Assembly: GCA_038087875.1 (NCBI GenBank)
Contig: CM075989.1
Location: forward strand, 12,586,001 to 12,650,000
Source: Malacoraja senta
Taxonomy: Eukaryota
Direction: 5' to 3'
Length of the DNA stretch: 64,000 nt
The translations under genes were made by a program, and so were the position numbers. The notes under the pieces were generated by a model that saw only the letters and a program-made list of their open reading frames with translations, was not told where the DNA came from and ran no database searches. This document shows, piece after piece, positions 25,700-38,219 of this stretch (position 1 is the stretch's first letter; every line of letters begins with the position of its first letter).

Positions 25700-26440
25700 A
25701 TTGCAGTGAAAAGATGAAATATTTCATGATTACCTAGAAGCACATGATAAAATAGGCCAAAGTCAGCATTGTTTTGTGAAAGGGAGATCTTGCCTGATGA
25801 ATCTGTTGGAATTATTTTAGGAAATAAATAATAGGATAGACAAAGGAGAGTCAGTGGACACAAAATGTGGAGTAACTCAGCGGGTCAGGCAGCATCTCTG
25901 GAGAGAAGGAATGGGTGATGTTTTGGGTCAAGACCCTTCTTCAGACTGATCAGTGGATGTGGTTTACCTGGCTTTTTAGAAGGCCTTTGATGCTGCTAAA
26001 AAAGATGAAAGCCCATGGTATAAAAGGGAAGATACTAGCATGGATAGCAGGTTGGCTGAATGGCAGAAGGCAAGGAGTGGCAATAAATGGGGGCTTTTTC
26101 TGGTTGGCTGCCAATGACTAACGATGTTCCGCAGAGGTCGGTGCTGGGGCCGCTACTCTGCACGATGTATATCATTGATTTGGATGGGGGAATTGAAGGC
26201 TTAGTGGCCAAGTATGCAGATGATACAAAGATAGGTGGAGAGGCAGGTTGTGTGGGGGCCATAGTCTCAGAATAAAAGGGCATACCTTTAGAAAGGAGAT
26301 GAGGTGGAATTCTTGTAGTCATAGGGTGGTGAAACTGTGGAATTCATTAGAACAGACGACTGTGGATCAGCCATGATTGAATGGTGGAGTAGACTTGATG
26401 GGCTGAATGGCCTAATTCTGCTCCTATAACTTATGAACTG
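25700..26440 (+). mobile_element. CR1 LINE, internally deleted, carrying a 91-bp Penelope-derived insert
   Basis: VPQRSVLGPLL..YIIDLDGGIEGLVAKYADDTKIGG RT motif; CR1 tail at about 26400-26440. Confidence 0.85.
25859..25949 (-). mobile_element. 91-bp Penelope-derived mini-insert (decayed hammerhead core plus tail) with 8-bp TSD
   Basis: TCAGTGGA at 25851-25858 and 25950-25957; minus strand reads CTGAAGAAGGGTCTTGACCCAAAACATC (25944-25917). Confidence 0.85.
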
Positions 26441-26599
26441 ATGAAAACACCCAGGCTTAGAAATTCGATCATGAGGTGCAACATTTTTGTGCACGGACTA
26501 TTGAATTTTACCCCAAATCAGGTTTTGTCCTTTGGGTGAGGGCTGCAGAGTTAGTCCCAGGTCTTCTGCACTTATAATGCAAATGTGCTCGGAGGTTGC

Positions 26600-27130
26600 A
26601 GCAACCCTGAATGGTGTGCTAGACACATTTCATGCTACTTGTGCAAATCCTGTGAACTCGCACAGAAAGAAGCCTTAAATAGACAGTTCGCTGTATAGTG
26701 GGCAGTGGGCAGTGGGCAGGTGCTATAGACCTGTACCGGAAGGTACACGCTCCCGCCCCCACGAGTCTCGGGCAGATGGGGCTCATCAGCCTGGGAAGGC
26801 AGTCCATCTAGGAGAGGGAAAACTCTGATTTAAAACCTCCACTGCTTTGTGGCCATATCCAGTCATGGAAAAGGCTCCAGGAGTAAACCTCAAGAAAATC
26901 TGGTGTCGGAGCCCTTAAGGCAGTTCGTCGTTGTCTACAACCTCGCTCTGGCAGCTCCTGCGACGGCGCTGGTGCCAAACTGTAACGGCCCTGCTGTTCC
27001 TTTGGATCGATCAACGACATGGGGGGGAGGGGGGGGGACGTGCTGCATGGGCAACAGCCTGTCCTCCATATGGCATCGCCCAGGCTTGCATCCGACCAGG
27101 ATGCATCACCCATGGTCAGTCATGACCGAG
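26600..27130 (+). mobile_element. Probable 5' UTR of an RTE-clade LINE, no ORF attached
   Basis: GGAAGGCAGTCCATCTAGGAGAGGGAAAACTCTGA..AAACCTCC resembles RTE/AviRTE-type 5' regions as I recall them; GC/CpG-rich block in AT-rich intron. Confidence 0.5.
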
Positions 27131-27329
27131 GGGGACCTACAATGTATAAAGAGACTAACCAATGGTTATTGGGTCTCTTTTTGTGCCCCCACCCCTCTAC
27201 CTAGCCCAATTATGTTCCTGACACTTCACATCATCTGCACCAAACCCAAGCTCGATCATGTTCCTGCCACTCCACGTCACTCCCATTAAACCCAACCTAT
27301 TTGCAACCCCAATTATATTTTTCCTCAGA

Positions 27330-28130
27330 ATTAGACCATTCAACACATCGAGTCTACTCTGCCATTCAATCATGGGTGATCTATCTTTCCCACTCAACCC
27401 CATTCTCCTGCCTTCTCCCCGTAACCTTTGACACCCTTACTAATCAAGAACCTATCGATCTCCGCTATGAAAATACCCAAAGATTTGGCCTCTACAGCTG
27501 TCCGTGATAATGAATTCCACAGATTCACAACCCTCTGGCTAAAGAAATTCCTCCTCTCCTTTCCAAAGGTACTTCCTTTTATTCTGAGGCTGTGCCTTTG
27601 GTCTTAGACTCTCCCACTAATGGAAACTTCCTCTCCAAATCCACGTTATGCAGGCATTTCAATATTCAGTAAGTTTCAATGAGATCCCCCCCTCAGCCTT
27701 CTAAACTACAGCGAATACAGGCCAAGAGCCATCAAATGCTCATCATATGTTAACCCGATCATGATCATTTTTGTAAACCTCCTCTGGACCCTCCGCAAAG
27801 CCAGCACATCCCTCCTCAGATATGGGGCCCAGAACGTGGTTTGATCTGTGCCCTATAAAGCCATAGCATTACATCCATGCTTTATATTCTATTCCTCTCG
27901 AAAGAAATGCTAACATTGCATTTGCCTTCCACACCACCAATTCAACCTGCAAATTAAACTTTTGAGAATACTGCAGCAGTGCTCCCACATCCATTTGATT
28001 TCAGAATCCGTTCCTCATTTAGAAAATAATCTATGCCTTTATTCCTACTACCAAAGTGTATGACTGCACACTTTGCTACACTGTATTCCATCTGCCACTT
28101 CTTTGCTCACTCTCCCAAACTGTCAAATAT
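27330..28130 (-). mobile_element. CR1 LINE 3' fragment, internally deleted
   Basis: Reverse complement of CR1 ORF2 end and 3' UTR (cf. 31080-31322). Confidence 0.8.
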
Positions 28131-29239
28131 TTGCAAATTAAGTTGAATAACTGTTCAAAATGATATTACTAAATTTGCTGGTGGCATAAAAATGATAACA
28201 CATAAAAATGGGATTTGCTATTTGATTCATGAATGAATCTAGACCAAAACACAGCAGATGAATTTTAATGTGGATATATAATGTACATAGTGAGCATGCA
28301 TGTAAACAAGAAGGAATCTATTATGTGAAAGATGAAAAACGAAGGGCAAGCAAACTCAGCTTGTCAGGGGAAAATAATCAAAAGCTTCCCTGAAGGGTGA
28401 TATGAAAATCTCCAGAACAGTTTGCATCCTTTAACCAAAACTAACTAAAAAGACTTAAAACAGCCTCTTCCTCCACCAGCTGCTAAAGGGAAAAGGATTG
28501 CAACTGAGCATTGATCATATTAGTAAGCTTTCGGTCACAGGCAATCATTAATGAGATAAATGAATATTTTCAGGCAACTGAGAACTACTGACATTGCCCA
28601 GAGTGACAAAAGAGGCTGGGCATCTCTTCAGTGACAAGGCCAACATGGCGATACGTTTGTACTTTTGGACTCTGAATCTGAGAAAGATGTGGACGCTTTA
28701 AAAAGGTTTAAGAGAACAGATTTCAAGATGGTTCTAGCTCTGGGGTCTGAGCATGGGGAAAAGCTCAAAAATGATGTCTATTTATTCCAGGAGAAGGTGG
28801 AATAATGAGAGGTGAGACTGAAGTAATGTCTAGTTTTCAATTATACCGAGAGATAATTTACCAGAATGTAATGGGGATGTGGGAGGAAACTGGAGCACCC
28901 GAGGGAAACCCATGTGGACATGCAGAGAATTTGCAAATTGCACACAGAAACATCTGAAGTCAAATTTGTACCAGCATTCAGTGTAGTTCTACTGTACATG
29001 ACACAGAAACAGGATTAATAGAGAGTGTGTGAAGGAAGTCCAACAGAGCAGATGTGATGGGCTAAAGAACCTTTTATTCTTTGGTGTTTATTATTTTTAA
29101 TGCCAATGTATGCTTTAGCACTTATGTCCAGTAAAATATTAGATCTACTGCTGTTTTAATAAAAGTGGTCTGATTATTTATTTGTAGTTAGCAAAGTTCT
29201 TAAGTTCAGGTATCTTCCTAACCCCATACCTCCTCCCGC

Positions 29240-29770
29240 ACCTCCATCCAGTGACCCCAAATAGCCCTTTAGGTGAGATAAAGGTTCACATGCACCTCGT
29301 CTGCTGCGTCCAGTATTCCCAAGGTAGCCTCCTGTACATTCGGGATACCAAGCGTAGACTCTGCACCTGTTTCGCCGAACTCTTGTGCATGGTCTGCCAA
29401 GGCCCTCTGGATCTCCTGGTGGCTAACCATTTAACACCTCTTCCCATTCCCATGCTGACCTTTCTGTTCAGGGCCTCCTCCATTGCCTGTGTGAGCCCAC
29501 ACTAAAACTGGAGAAGCAGCACCTCATGGTCCGCTTGGGTAACCATTGGTCTGAACATTGAATTCTCCAATTCTAGGTAACTAAAAAAAAAACTTTCTTC
29601 CCCTACACACCTCCGTTCTTTGCCCCTCCCTTGTGACCCATCTGGGCACACACCAATTTGTCCCTTCCCCCTTTCCTTAAACTTACATTACTTCCTCTAG
29701 CTTCACAATTAGCAACTCTTCAATCCTTTTGTCTCCACCTTTTGTCTTTTCATCTCTGGCTTTTGTCCAT
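29240..29770 (+). mobile_element. Penelope-like GIY-YIG end fragment
   Basis: LLYIRDTKRRL..FAE..; KLEKQHLMVRLG; similar to 46918-47178. Confidence 0.75.
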
Positions 29771-30519
29771 CAAGAATATATAAACTATCTAATCTCTATG
29801 ATAACTAGCTTTATCGTAGTTATGAGAATATTAACGGTGATATCTGTTTGGCGTAAATCATATTAAGACTTTAAATCCATTTTTACACTAACAGAAATAA
29901 TCTATTTGCTGTTTCAGTTGTCTTTGGGGAGCCTTCTGTTTATGCTGGAGGGAGGACAGATACAGAGAAAACTATCTTAAAAAATGAAATGAATTGCTTT
30001 GTAGAACGTCTGAAAGCTGTTCCTGACCAAATTCCCTACCCTCAATTAGAATTTAATGTAATTGAGATACAAATCTTACAGTAACAGCTAAACAGTGATT
30101 ATTCTTGATTTTTCTCTAGTGCCTTGAGATGCTAGTTATTGGTGGTCTATAACAAAAGCTAAGAGGACAGGGTCACAACTCCTCAGTAGTCAGTGTGTTT
30201 TATGCTAGGCTTCAGGTCCAGCTCATCAAGCACTCTTTTCCGCAGGTGTCTAAACGCTGTGCTGGTTCACTAAAGGTGATAATGTATTCCTTCATCAATG
30301 TCTACCTCGGATACTAGATGGCTCCTGAGGTATGCGCAGTGGTCAGTGTTTTCCAGGGCCTTGTCAGGAACTGGTACTCTATGAGGGCAAGATAGGAAAC
30401 CACCAAAATACTACCAATGCAAAAAAAACGTACAAATCTACTGAAAGAATAAACAATTCTACATTAGCATTCTTTCACAGGCCAATAATCCCCAGGACTG
30501 AAGTCCTGATTACACTCAA

Positions 30520-30780
30520 TTGACTCTGCTGGACAGAGCATGTTATTCACTTGCCTGACACCAGACTCCTGAAATAAACTTTCTATTTTCAACCTCTGGC
30601 ATGGAGAGAGATCACCAGGTAGACAAGGGAAAAGATTCAAGGATGTGCTTGAGGCCTTTTTAAAAATCAACAACATTCCCACTGACAGCTGGAAATCTTA
30701 GGCTCATGAAGAAAATGGAGCATTTGGGTTGGGGTTGAATACCATGTATCAGGAGCACATAGAAGCTCAGAATGAACATA
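30520..30780 (+). mobile_element. RTE-clade LINE 3' fragment
   Basis: Degenerate LPDTRLLK...GRQGKRFKDVL(E)A..INNIPTDSW, typical of RTE ORF C-termini. Confidence 0.6.
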
Positions 30781-31079
30781 AGAAACAGGAGTTGACCATC
30801 TGCTCCACTGTTCATAAGATCATGGCTGATCTTCTACCCAAGTGCCATTTTCCAACAGTATTTCTATATTCCTTTATTTCCTAAATGGCCAGAAATCTTT
30901 TGGTCTCTGTTTTAAATGAACCCAGTGACTGAGCCTCTGGGGTAGGGCACTCCAAAGGTTCATCACCCGGTTTTGTGGATTTTAATAATCAATCTCAACA
31001 GAGTCTGATTGAGGTCTACACAAGAATTTTGTTTAACCTGCACACAGGTCTGTCAATCCTCCATCCGGCCCCAGCTGTG

Positions 31080-31322
31080 GTGAGTGGTGAGTCTGTGGAA
31101 TTCTCTGCCTCAGAGGGTGGTGGAGGCAGGTTCTCTGGATGCTTTCAAGACAGAGCTAGATAGGGCTCTTAAAAATAACAGAGTCAGGGGATATGGGGAG
31201 AAGGCAGGAACGGGGCACTGATTGGGGATGATCAGCCATGATCACATTGAATGGCGGTGCTGGCTCGAAGGGCCGAATGGCCTACTCCTGCACCTATTGT
31301 CTATTGTCTATTGTCTATTGTC
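31080..31322 (+). mobile_element. CR1 LINE 3' end with (CTATTGT)n tail
   Basis: AGGGCCGAATGGCCTACTCCTGCACC plus tandem ctattgt. Confidence 0.85.
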
Positions 31323-32929
31323 TGTGTTCTCGGAATCCTCTCTCAATTGTGATACTGGGATCATCCTTACTTTGTGCAAACTTGAGCAAGACAATACAGT
31401 TTTACCAATGATTAACGCGTTACCCTTCATCTGTCTATAAATCCAGATGCATAGAAGTGATAGATTGGTTGCTTCTGCACTCATTAGGTCCTAGCATCCA
31501 ACACACATGGAGATCCCCTTTCCCTTTCTGCGTCTGTTGGTTTCATGGCCAGGTCTATCAGTCACTTTCTGGTATTGATCTAAGCACTCGTGGTGGCCTA
31601 AGACGGCTTTCAATCTATTATTGTTAAGACCTTGGGTTGCAATGAAGAGTAAAGCAAGATGGTGTTTCAGTGGGGTTATTGCCCCATATTTCACATAGCA
31701 GTCCTGCTTGTTTACGGCCTGAACAACCATATCTGACCAACTTCAACAGGCAGAAGGGTTTTACTGATAAAATACACAAGGTAATCTTAATCCTTGACAT
31801 CTTCAGCTGATGATGTTTCCTTCCAACATGTCCATTACAACTGAGTAAATACATTTTTCCTTACTTCAGTCGCTATAGCGCCCCAGTCAGTCAGCTGAAA
31901 TACCCCGCTAGATCTAACAACCTTTAAGAATTTTGTACGTTTCAATTGGATCTCCTCTCATCCCTCTAAATTATAAAAAATTGAGCGTCAGTCTAGTGAA
32001 TTCCTCATCCAACCTACCTTCTTTGAGCCAATCTAGTGAATTCTTGCTGGACTCTATGGCAAGTATATCCTTTTTCAGTAAGGAGACCAAAACTTCGTAG
32101 TAGTTCAAGTGCAGTCTCACCAAAGCTCTATATAATTACAATAAGATTTCTTTACTTCTCGAATCAAAGCTTTTCATACTAAATAAAATAATTGCCCTCC
32201 TAATTACTTGTTCAAATTCAGCAGTTCCTAAAAAAACCAGACCTTTCAAACAGCAACATTACCCATGCCCAATACTGACCAACTGCTTTTGTGGATGAAC
32301 ACATTTTTTCACTTTATATTCTATTTGCCCTGTTTTCATTTATTAATTAAACTTGTCGATATCCCTTTGAAGCCTCTGTACATCGTTCATTGAACTCACA
32401 ATCCCATCAAATTTTAAATCGGCGCCTAGTTTAGTATTAGTGGAAGGAACACATCACCTCCCAAACAACTGCACAACCTCCCAGGTACTTCCGACACCAA
32501 CAGCAGAATGAAAAGGTCCCAGAATGCTCATCTGCCTTCTCATAATCCCTGGAAATTGATTGGAAACAAGTCATCCTTTATTCTGAGGGCCCACTTGAGA
32601 AGAGGATTATTCTTGGAATTGCATTGTCTGATGAGGTTGAAGTATTTATTAATATTGGTTCCCATTATTTCCAGACGAAACTGGATGCTCAGCAACTATG
32701 GCAGGACTTGCATGCCATCAATTCTTACAAGATTAAACCAAGTAGTTCAAGAGACAGTATCGTATTACTCTCAAATGAGTTCAATACTATCTGTGCTTGA
32801 TTGAAGAGAGGACACGACGTACCTTCAAACTTCAATTTACCTACCACCACAACAGGTCAACATCGGATGTGATCTCTTGAGTTCTGTATTCTGCCCTGAA
32901 TCACTTGGACTACAGGAACATGTTCTTCA

Positions 32930-33790
32930 GGCTGTTGTTCATCAACTATCGTTCAACACCATCATCCCTTCCAAAGTCATTATCAAACTAAGGAAACTGG
33001 GTCTCTGTTCCTCCCTAGGCAACTGGATCCTCGACTTCCTCATAGGCAGACCTTAATCAGGATGCATTGGCAACACCTCCACCTTGCTTAGGGCCACGTG
33101 CTTATCCCCTACTTTACTCTCTCTATACCCATGACTGCGTAGCTAGACACAGCTCCAATGCTATCTTTAAATTTTCCGACCATGCCACCGTCATTGGACG
33201 AATAAAGGGTAATGATGAGGCAGAGTACAGGAGAGAGATTGCCAATCTGGTTGAGTTGTGCCAAAATTAAAATCTTGCTCTTAACATTAGCAAAACCAAA
33301 GAGCTAATTGTGGAATTCAGGAAGGAAAAGGTGAGAGAACATGCACTTGTCTTCATTGGCGAGATGGCGGTGGAAAGAGTCGATGGCTTAGGTTCCTGGG
33401 CATACATGTCTCTGAAGATATGTCCTACTTGATCTAATCACAAAGAAGTTTGAGGAGATTTGGCTTGTTACCGAATCGTCTATTGAACTTCTACAGTAGT
33501 ACAGTGGATAGGATACTGACTGGTTGTATCATGATCTGGTTTGGTAATTCAAATGTTCAAGAACAAAGGAGGCTGCAGATAGTTGTGAACATTGTCTATT
33601 ATGGGTACTGACCCCATTATTGAAGCGATCTACCGGAATTGCTTCTTCGAGAGGCAGCTAATATCATCAAAGATCCATGCCATCTGGCCATACTCTCATC
33701 TCATTACTACCGCAGGAAGAAGGTACAGGAGTTTAAGAACTGTTACCTCCAGGCTCAAGAACAGCTTTGTTCCATCAACCATCTTCTTTA
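32930..33790 (+). mobile_element. Rex1/Babar-like LINE fragment
   Basis: PLLYSLYTHDCVARHSSNAIFKFSDHATVIG (RT), GRRYRSLRTVTSRLKNSFVP. Confidence 0.85.
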
Positions 33791-33798
33791 ATCATCTT

Positions 33799-34217
33799 CT
33801 TTAACAGAAAAATCGATTTGTAGGTCGAGTAAAGAGCATTTATTTGTCAAATGCTCTGTATATCAACCAGAACAAAGATACAATAAATCAGCAGTTATTC
33901 TGGATAAAGCAGTCCTTGATATTGCAAAAAGCAAAGTACCTATAGCAACCTTAGTGATGCAAAGTGGTTCAACGCTGAGGTAGGGTTGTGGATAAGGTGC
34001 TTAAAATACCCTGCACAACCTTATCCACAACCCTACCTCATCGTTGAACCACTTTGCACCACTAAGGTTGCTATAGGTACTTTGCTTTTTGCAATAACAA
34101 GGACTGCTTTACCCAGATTAACTGTTTATTTATTGTATCTTTGTTCTGGTTCATATCCAGAGCATTTGACAAATAAATGCTCTTTACTCGACCTACAAAT
34201 CAATTTTTCTGTTAAAG
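33799..34217. repeat. Long fold-back: 200-bp arms, 19-nt spacer
   Basis: 33799-33998 versus reverse complement of 34018-34217: about 10 substitutions and no indels by manual alignment. Confidence 0.95.
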
Positions 34218-34382
34218 CACCCAGTCGAGCGGTTTAATAGCATGCATTTCACACAAAGTAAATTTAGATGCTCTGTAAGCTAACTGGTATGAAAAACATG
34301 TATTTATTTAGTGTAGTGAAAATTAATCCTTGTAGGACTTCATCTCCTCATTGTAACTCTCTACATGTTTTGCTTCATATAG

Positions 34383-34595
34383 GTGTCAGGAGGAGTGTCC
34401 TATCGGCAGTTACGGCTTGCAGTGTGCCCAAAGGTGTGAGTGCCAGAATGGAGCTGAATGTTATCATGTTAATGGAGCATGTCTTTGCAAGCCAGGATTT
34501 ACTGGTGATCGTTGCCAAGACAGAATGTGTCCAGATGGGCTGTATGGACTAAAGTGCAATAAACAGTGTCCTTGCAATGGCAAACATACCCAAAG
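34383..34595 (+). CDS. MEGF11: Exon D (213 nt, phase 2-2): [70 protein letters not shown](S)
   Basis: catatAG acceptor, GTAATA donor; overlaps ORF 34417..34599. Confidence 0.95.
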
Positions 34596-35202
34596 GTAAT
34601 AACAGTCTAAGAAGAACAATTTACTAATTTCTTATGCTGGTAAATTTCTTTAACTAATTTGTTTTCCATGGTGTCAAAAGATATCTCAACCAGTCAGTCC
34701 GCACATGCACAATGACTTTGATGCACAAATCCAAATCTGCTTTCCTCCATGTTCTGCCTGTTTTTGGAGAAATAATCATTCGGACAGATAAACGTTTTAA
34801 AATTGGACAGAATGTCTCATTTTCTATCATTTCCTGCATGTTTGTGTAATTTTATAGTTGCACCCACCATACAGTACCAACAGCCAGGGGTATGAGGCAT
34901 TAAAATAGTACAGTGAAGCTTCTTTCCCTGATATTCCATTGCAGTTCCAATTAAAATATTCAAAATATCAGCAATAATAGGTTAACAAATCAATTATAAT
35001 TCCTTATAAGAACCCTTCAGTTATTGAGTTTCCTACAAACCCCATTCCAGTGATTAACGTTAACCCTGAATTAACACGGATTGCAATTGGTCTTTGTTGA
35101 TGTTTTCTTTGATTGTTTTATTGAATAAAACAACTTTGCTTCTTATGTGATCAATTAATTAAATTGAGGATTATGTAGTTGGTTCTTTGATACTCTTTTC
35201 AG

Positions 35203-35377
35203 CTGCCATCCATTGTCTGGTGAATGTTCCTGCAGAGCAGGCTGGACTGGGCAGGACTGCAATGAGATGTGTCCCCCTGGCTTTCATGGAGAGGGCTGCC
35301 AGCAAATCTGTGTCTGTCAGAATGGAGCTAATTGTGATGGTGTCACTGGCAAATGTGCCTGTGCTCCAGGATATAAG
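35203..35377 (+). CDS. MEGF11: Exon E (175 nt, phase 2-0): [58 protein letters not shown]
   Basis: ttttcAG acceptor, GTGAAT donor; frame continuous with exon D. Confidence 0.95.
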
Positions 35378-35814
35378 GTGAATGTTTTATTTATATGCAT
35401 TGGATGATAATGAAGAGAGACAATAGCCCATTGGTTTAGTTATTGGAGGTGCTGTGCTTCCTCCATACTGTGTGTAACTTAGAGTCTTTAATTTTTCCTA
35501 CTGCACACCTGACATCACAGCCAGTCGGTGCTAACTTGAGATTTTATTATTGATGGAGAGCGAATATGACAACTTCGTAGTATTTGACTCAAGAATGGAT
35601 ACGATGGAGACCTGGAAACTGGTTGCTTACCCAATTCCTTTGCTGCAGTTTATGTTTAAACCAATACATTGCATGTTGAGCTGCTTAATGCCGATCATAT
35701 TCTCATATAGGATGCCTAATCAGCATGATCTTCATAAAATAATGGATAATGCAGATGGCTAAATTTGAAAAAGCAAACTTAAATAGTAGACATTTTCTCA
35801 GCCTCAATGGTGAT

Positions 35815-36230
35815 TTTTATTTTCAGTCATTTTCTTGAATTGGGATCATTAGTAAAATTGCCATTTATTGCCTATCCCTAACTACGCTTCAGAAGATGGT
35901 GGTGAGCAGCTACCTTTAAAATGCTGCTGAAGGTACAACCATAATACAGTCGGATAGGGAGTTCCAGGATTTAAACCCAGTGATGAGGAAGGACCGGTGA
36001 TATGTTACCAAATCAAGATGATGTGCAGTTTGGAGGGGGTGCCGCAGGTAGCGATGCTCCCCCTTGGACTTATAGCTCAATCTGTCTAGGAGATAGAGGA
36101 TTGTGGGTTTGGAAGGTGATATCAGAGTATTGGTTGTGTATTTTGTAGATGGTGTACATTGCAGCCTCTGTGCAGCAGCAGTTGAGGGAAGGAATGTTTA
36201 GCATAGTGGATGGGATGCCTGCTAATTTTA
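35815..36230 (-). mobile_element. Old LINE 3' fragment (CR1/L2 group)
   Basis: CCATTTATTGCCTATCCCTAA..AGAAGATGGTGGTGAGC; a related end lies on + at about 47830-47980. Confidence 0.5.
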
Positions 36231-36997
36231 CCTGTCAAGAGTTTTAAAGCAAAAAGAAAGGGTACCACAATATCTGGATGCAATAGGAAAAGAGCTGGTG
36301 TACTGGTTGGCATTTCATACTTCAGTTCTCTTGCGTTCTGTATACTGACAATTTAGAAACTTATTCCAAGAGTGCCAACTGAGTGTCGTGCTCAAGGGAA
36401 AGTTGGTTGGTCTACAAAGCAAGAATGGCATATTCTGACAATCTGAAATATGCAGCAGGTCAGACAACGCCTGTGGCAGGAGAAATAGGGTTAACATTTC
36501 TAGTCTGTAATAAGGGTCTGTTTGTCTTGGACGAGAGACAAACTCTGTTTCTCTTTCCACAGTTGCCACCTAACCAGTTGGTTCTTCATGTGGCCTTTTG
36601 GCAATTTTAGTTATTCATGGTGAAGAAACTATTTGAAATGTTTCTCCTCCATGAACAGAGGGAGGAACATAGAGGCATAGAATTATACTGTACTGGAAGG
36701 GGCTCTTAAACCCAACATATCCCTCTCTCCTTAATTCCTACCCTGGAAAAAAAACAATCTACATTTTGAAGATTTTATATACCTTTACAAAGTCACTCCT
36801 TGGCCTCCTACGTGACAGGAGGAAACACGGCAGCTTGTCCAGTTTCCCTTTCTAACACAAGTCCCCCTGTCCTATACTTACTAATCTTTTCTGCATTATG
36901 CCAGCATAATGCCTTCCTTTCTATATCAGGGTGACCAGAACTTTAAACAAGGTGATTAGAAAATTTCACGGGTGCTACACAGCTAGTAGCTACGTGG

Positions 36998-37172
36998 AAA
37001 CAAGGAACTGCAGGTGCTGGTTTACAAAATACACAAAGTGCTGGAGTAGCTCTGCGGGTCAAGCAGCATCTCCGGAGAACAGTCTGAAGAGGAGTCCTGA
37101 CCCAAAATGCCATCTATCCATGTTTTCCTAAGATGCTGCCTAACTTGCTGAGTCACTCCACCACTGTGTTTT
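36998..37172. mobile_element. Penelope-derived palindromic element with 15-bp TSD
   Basis: CTAGTAGCTACGTGG (36983-36997) versus CTAGTTGCTAGGTGG (37173-37187); degenerate core CTGAAGA at 37084. Confidence 0.75.
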
Positions 37173-38219
37173 CTAGTTGCTAGGTGGCTTGGGTAAGAAA
37201 TTCCTCCTCCATTGTTTCCTCTTCTTAGGAGATCAAACTCTTTGCACATATAACAGTTTTTTAAGATAGCATTGAAAAGTGCATAGGCATTAATTAGATG
37301 AGAATTAACATCAACATAGTCCTTCAATCGGAAAACTTGCTATTGAATTACAAACATCATGACACCTGATAAAATGAAGTCAGAGCAGCAGAACAGATTC
37401 TGCCATGCATCATTGCACATGTCATTTTTCATGACCAAGTCCCTAATTTTAGTTAAAGTAAGCCTGCCTGGCATTCAATAATTACAAACAATAAGATTAA
37501 TTTATAATATGAAATACTGTTTCAGCCAGAACTGCTCTTGGTGTATCTTGTCTCAGAATTCTGTTAAACAGGTTTATTTCCCCCAGAAAGACAGAAAAAT
37601 ATAAAAAACATTTTGTTTTGTTAAAAAAAACACATTTTGTTTAAATAAAGCACAACTGCTGAAAATAAACTCAGAAAATGTTCAAATTATGTAACTGGTG
37701 GTCTCTCTCTTGAGAGAAAAACAAATCAACAGTGAAAGATGATTATCCTGAAATGTCCATTTCTCTCACCAGCATTGCGCAGGCTTTCATGATTGTGATT
37801 TTCCTCATCAGTTTTTTGATACCTTCAGATGTCAGGAGTACACTTGGAGGCCAGATCAGGGTGAATCCTCCCATGCCTTGTCACTGTGTGAACAGCACTG
37901 AGCCCAGGATGGTCATTTCCCATGCCCAGTTCACAGAATAACTAGGGTATTTGATATAAGGAATGAGGAGCCAAAGGGATCAAGGTGATGAGATGTTGTC
38001 AGTAAAGGAGGAAGTCATTATAATCATGTGGATGGGCATTTGCCCAGATTGTATTATAGAGGTTTCCCACAGTCAAAATTATAATTTGAAATTAAGAATT
38101 AGTAGAACAAATATACACATCCTTTGATTCTGTCTTCACAAAAGAGTGCACAACTATAATCCCAGATATGACAGGCAGCTATGATTTGAGCAAAGATCTT
38201 TCTTCTCCAGTATGACTAT

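Noticed and set aside
26720-26810. Possible HDV-like ribozyme at the RTE-like 5' end (CCCACGAGTC resembles a P3/L3 motif)
   Set aside because: I could not build P1 and P2 pairings by hand; it needs a descriptor search on the family consensus.
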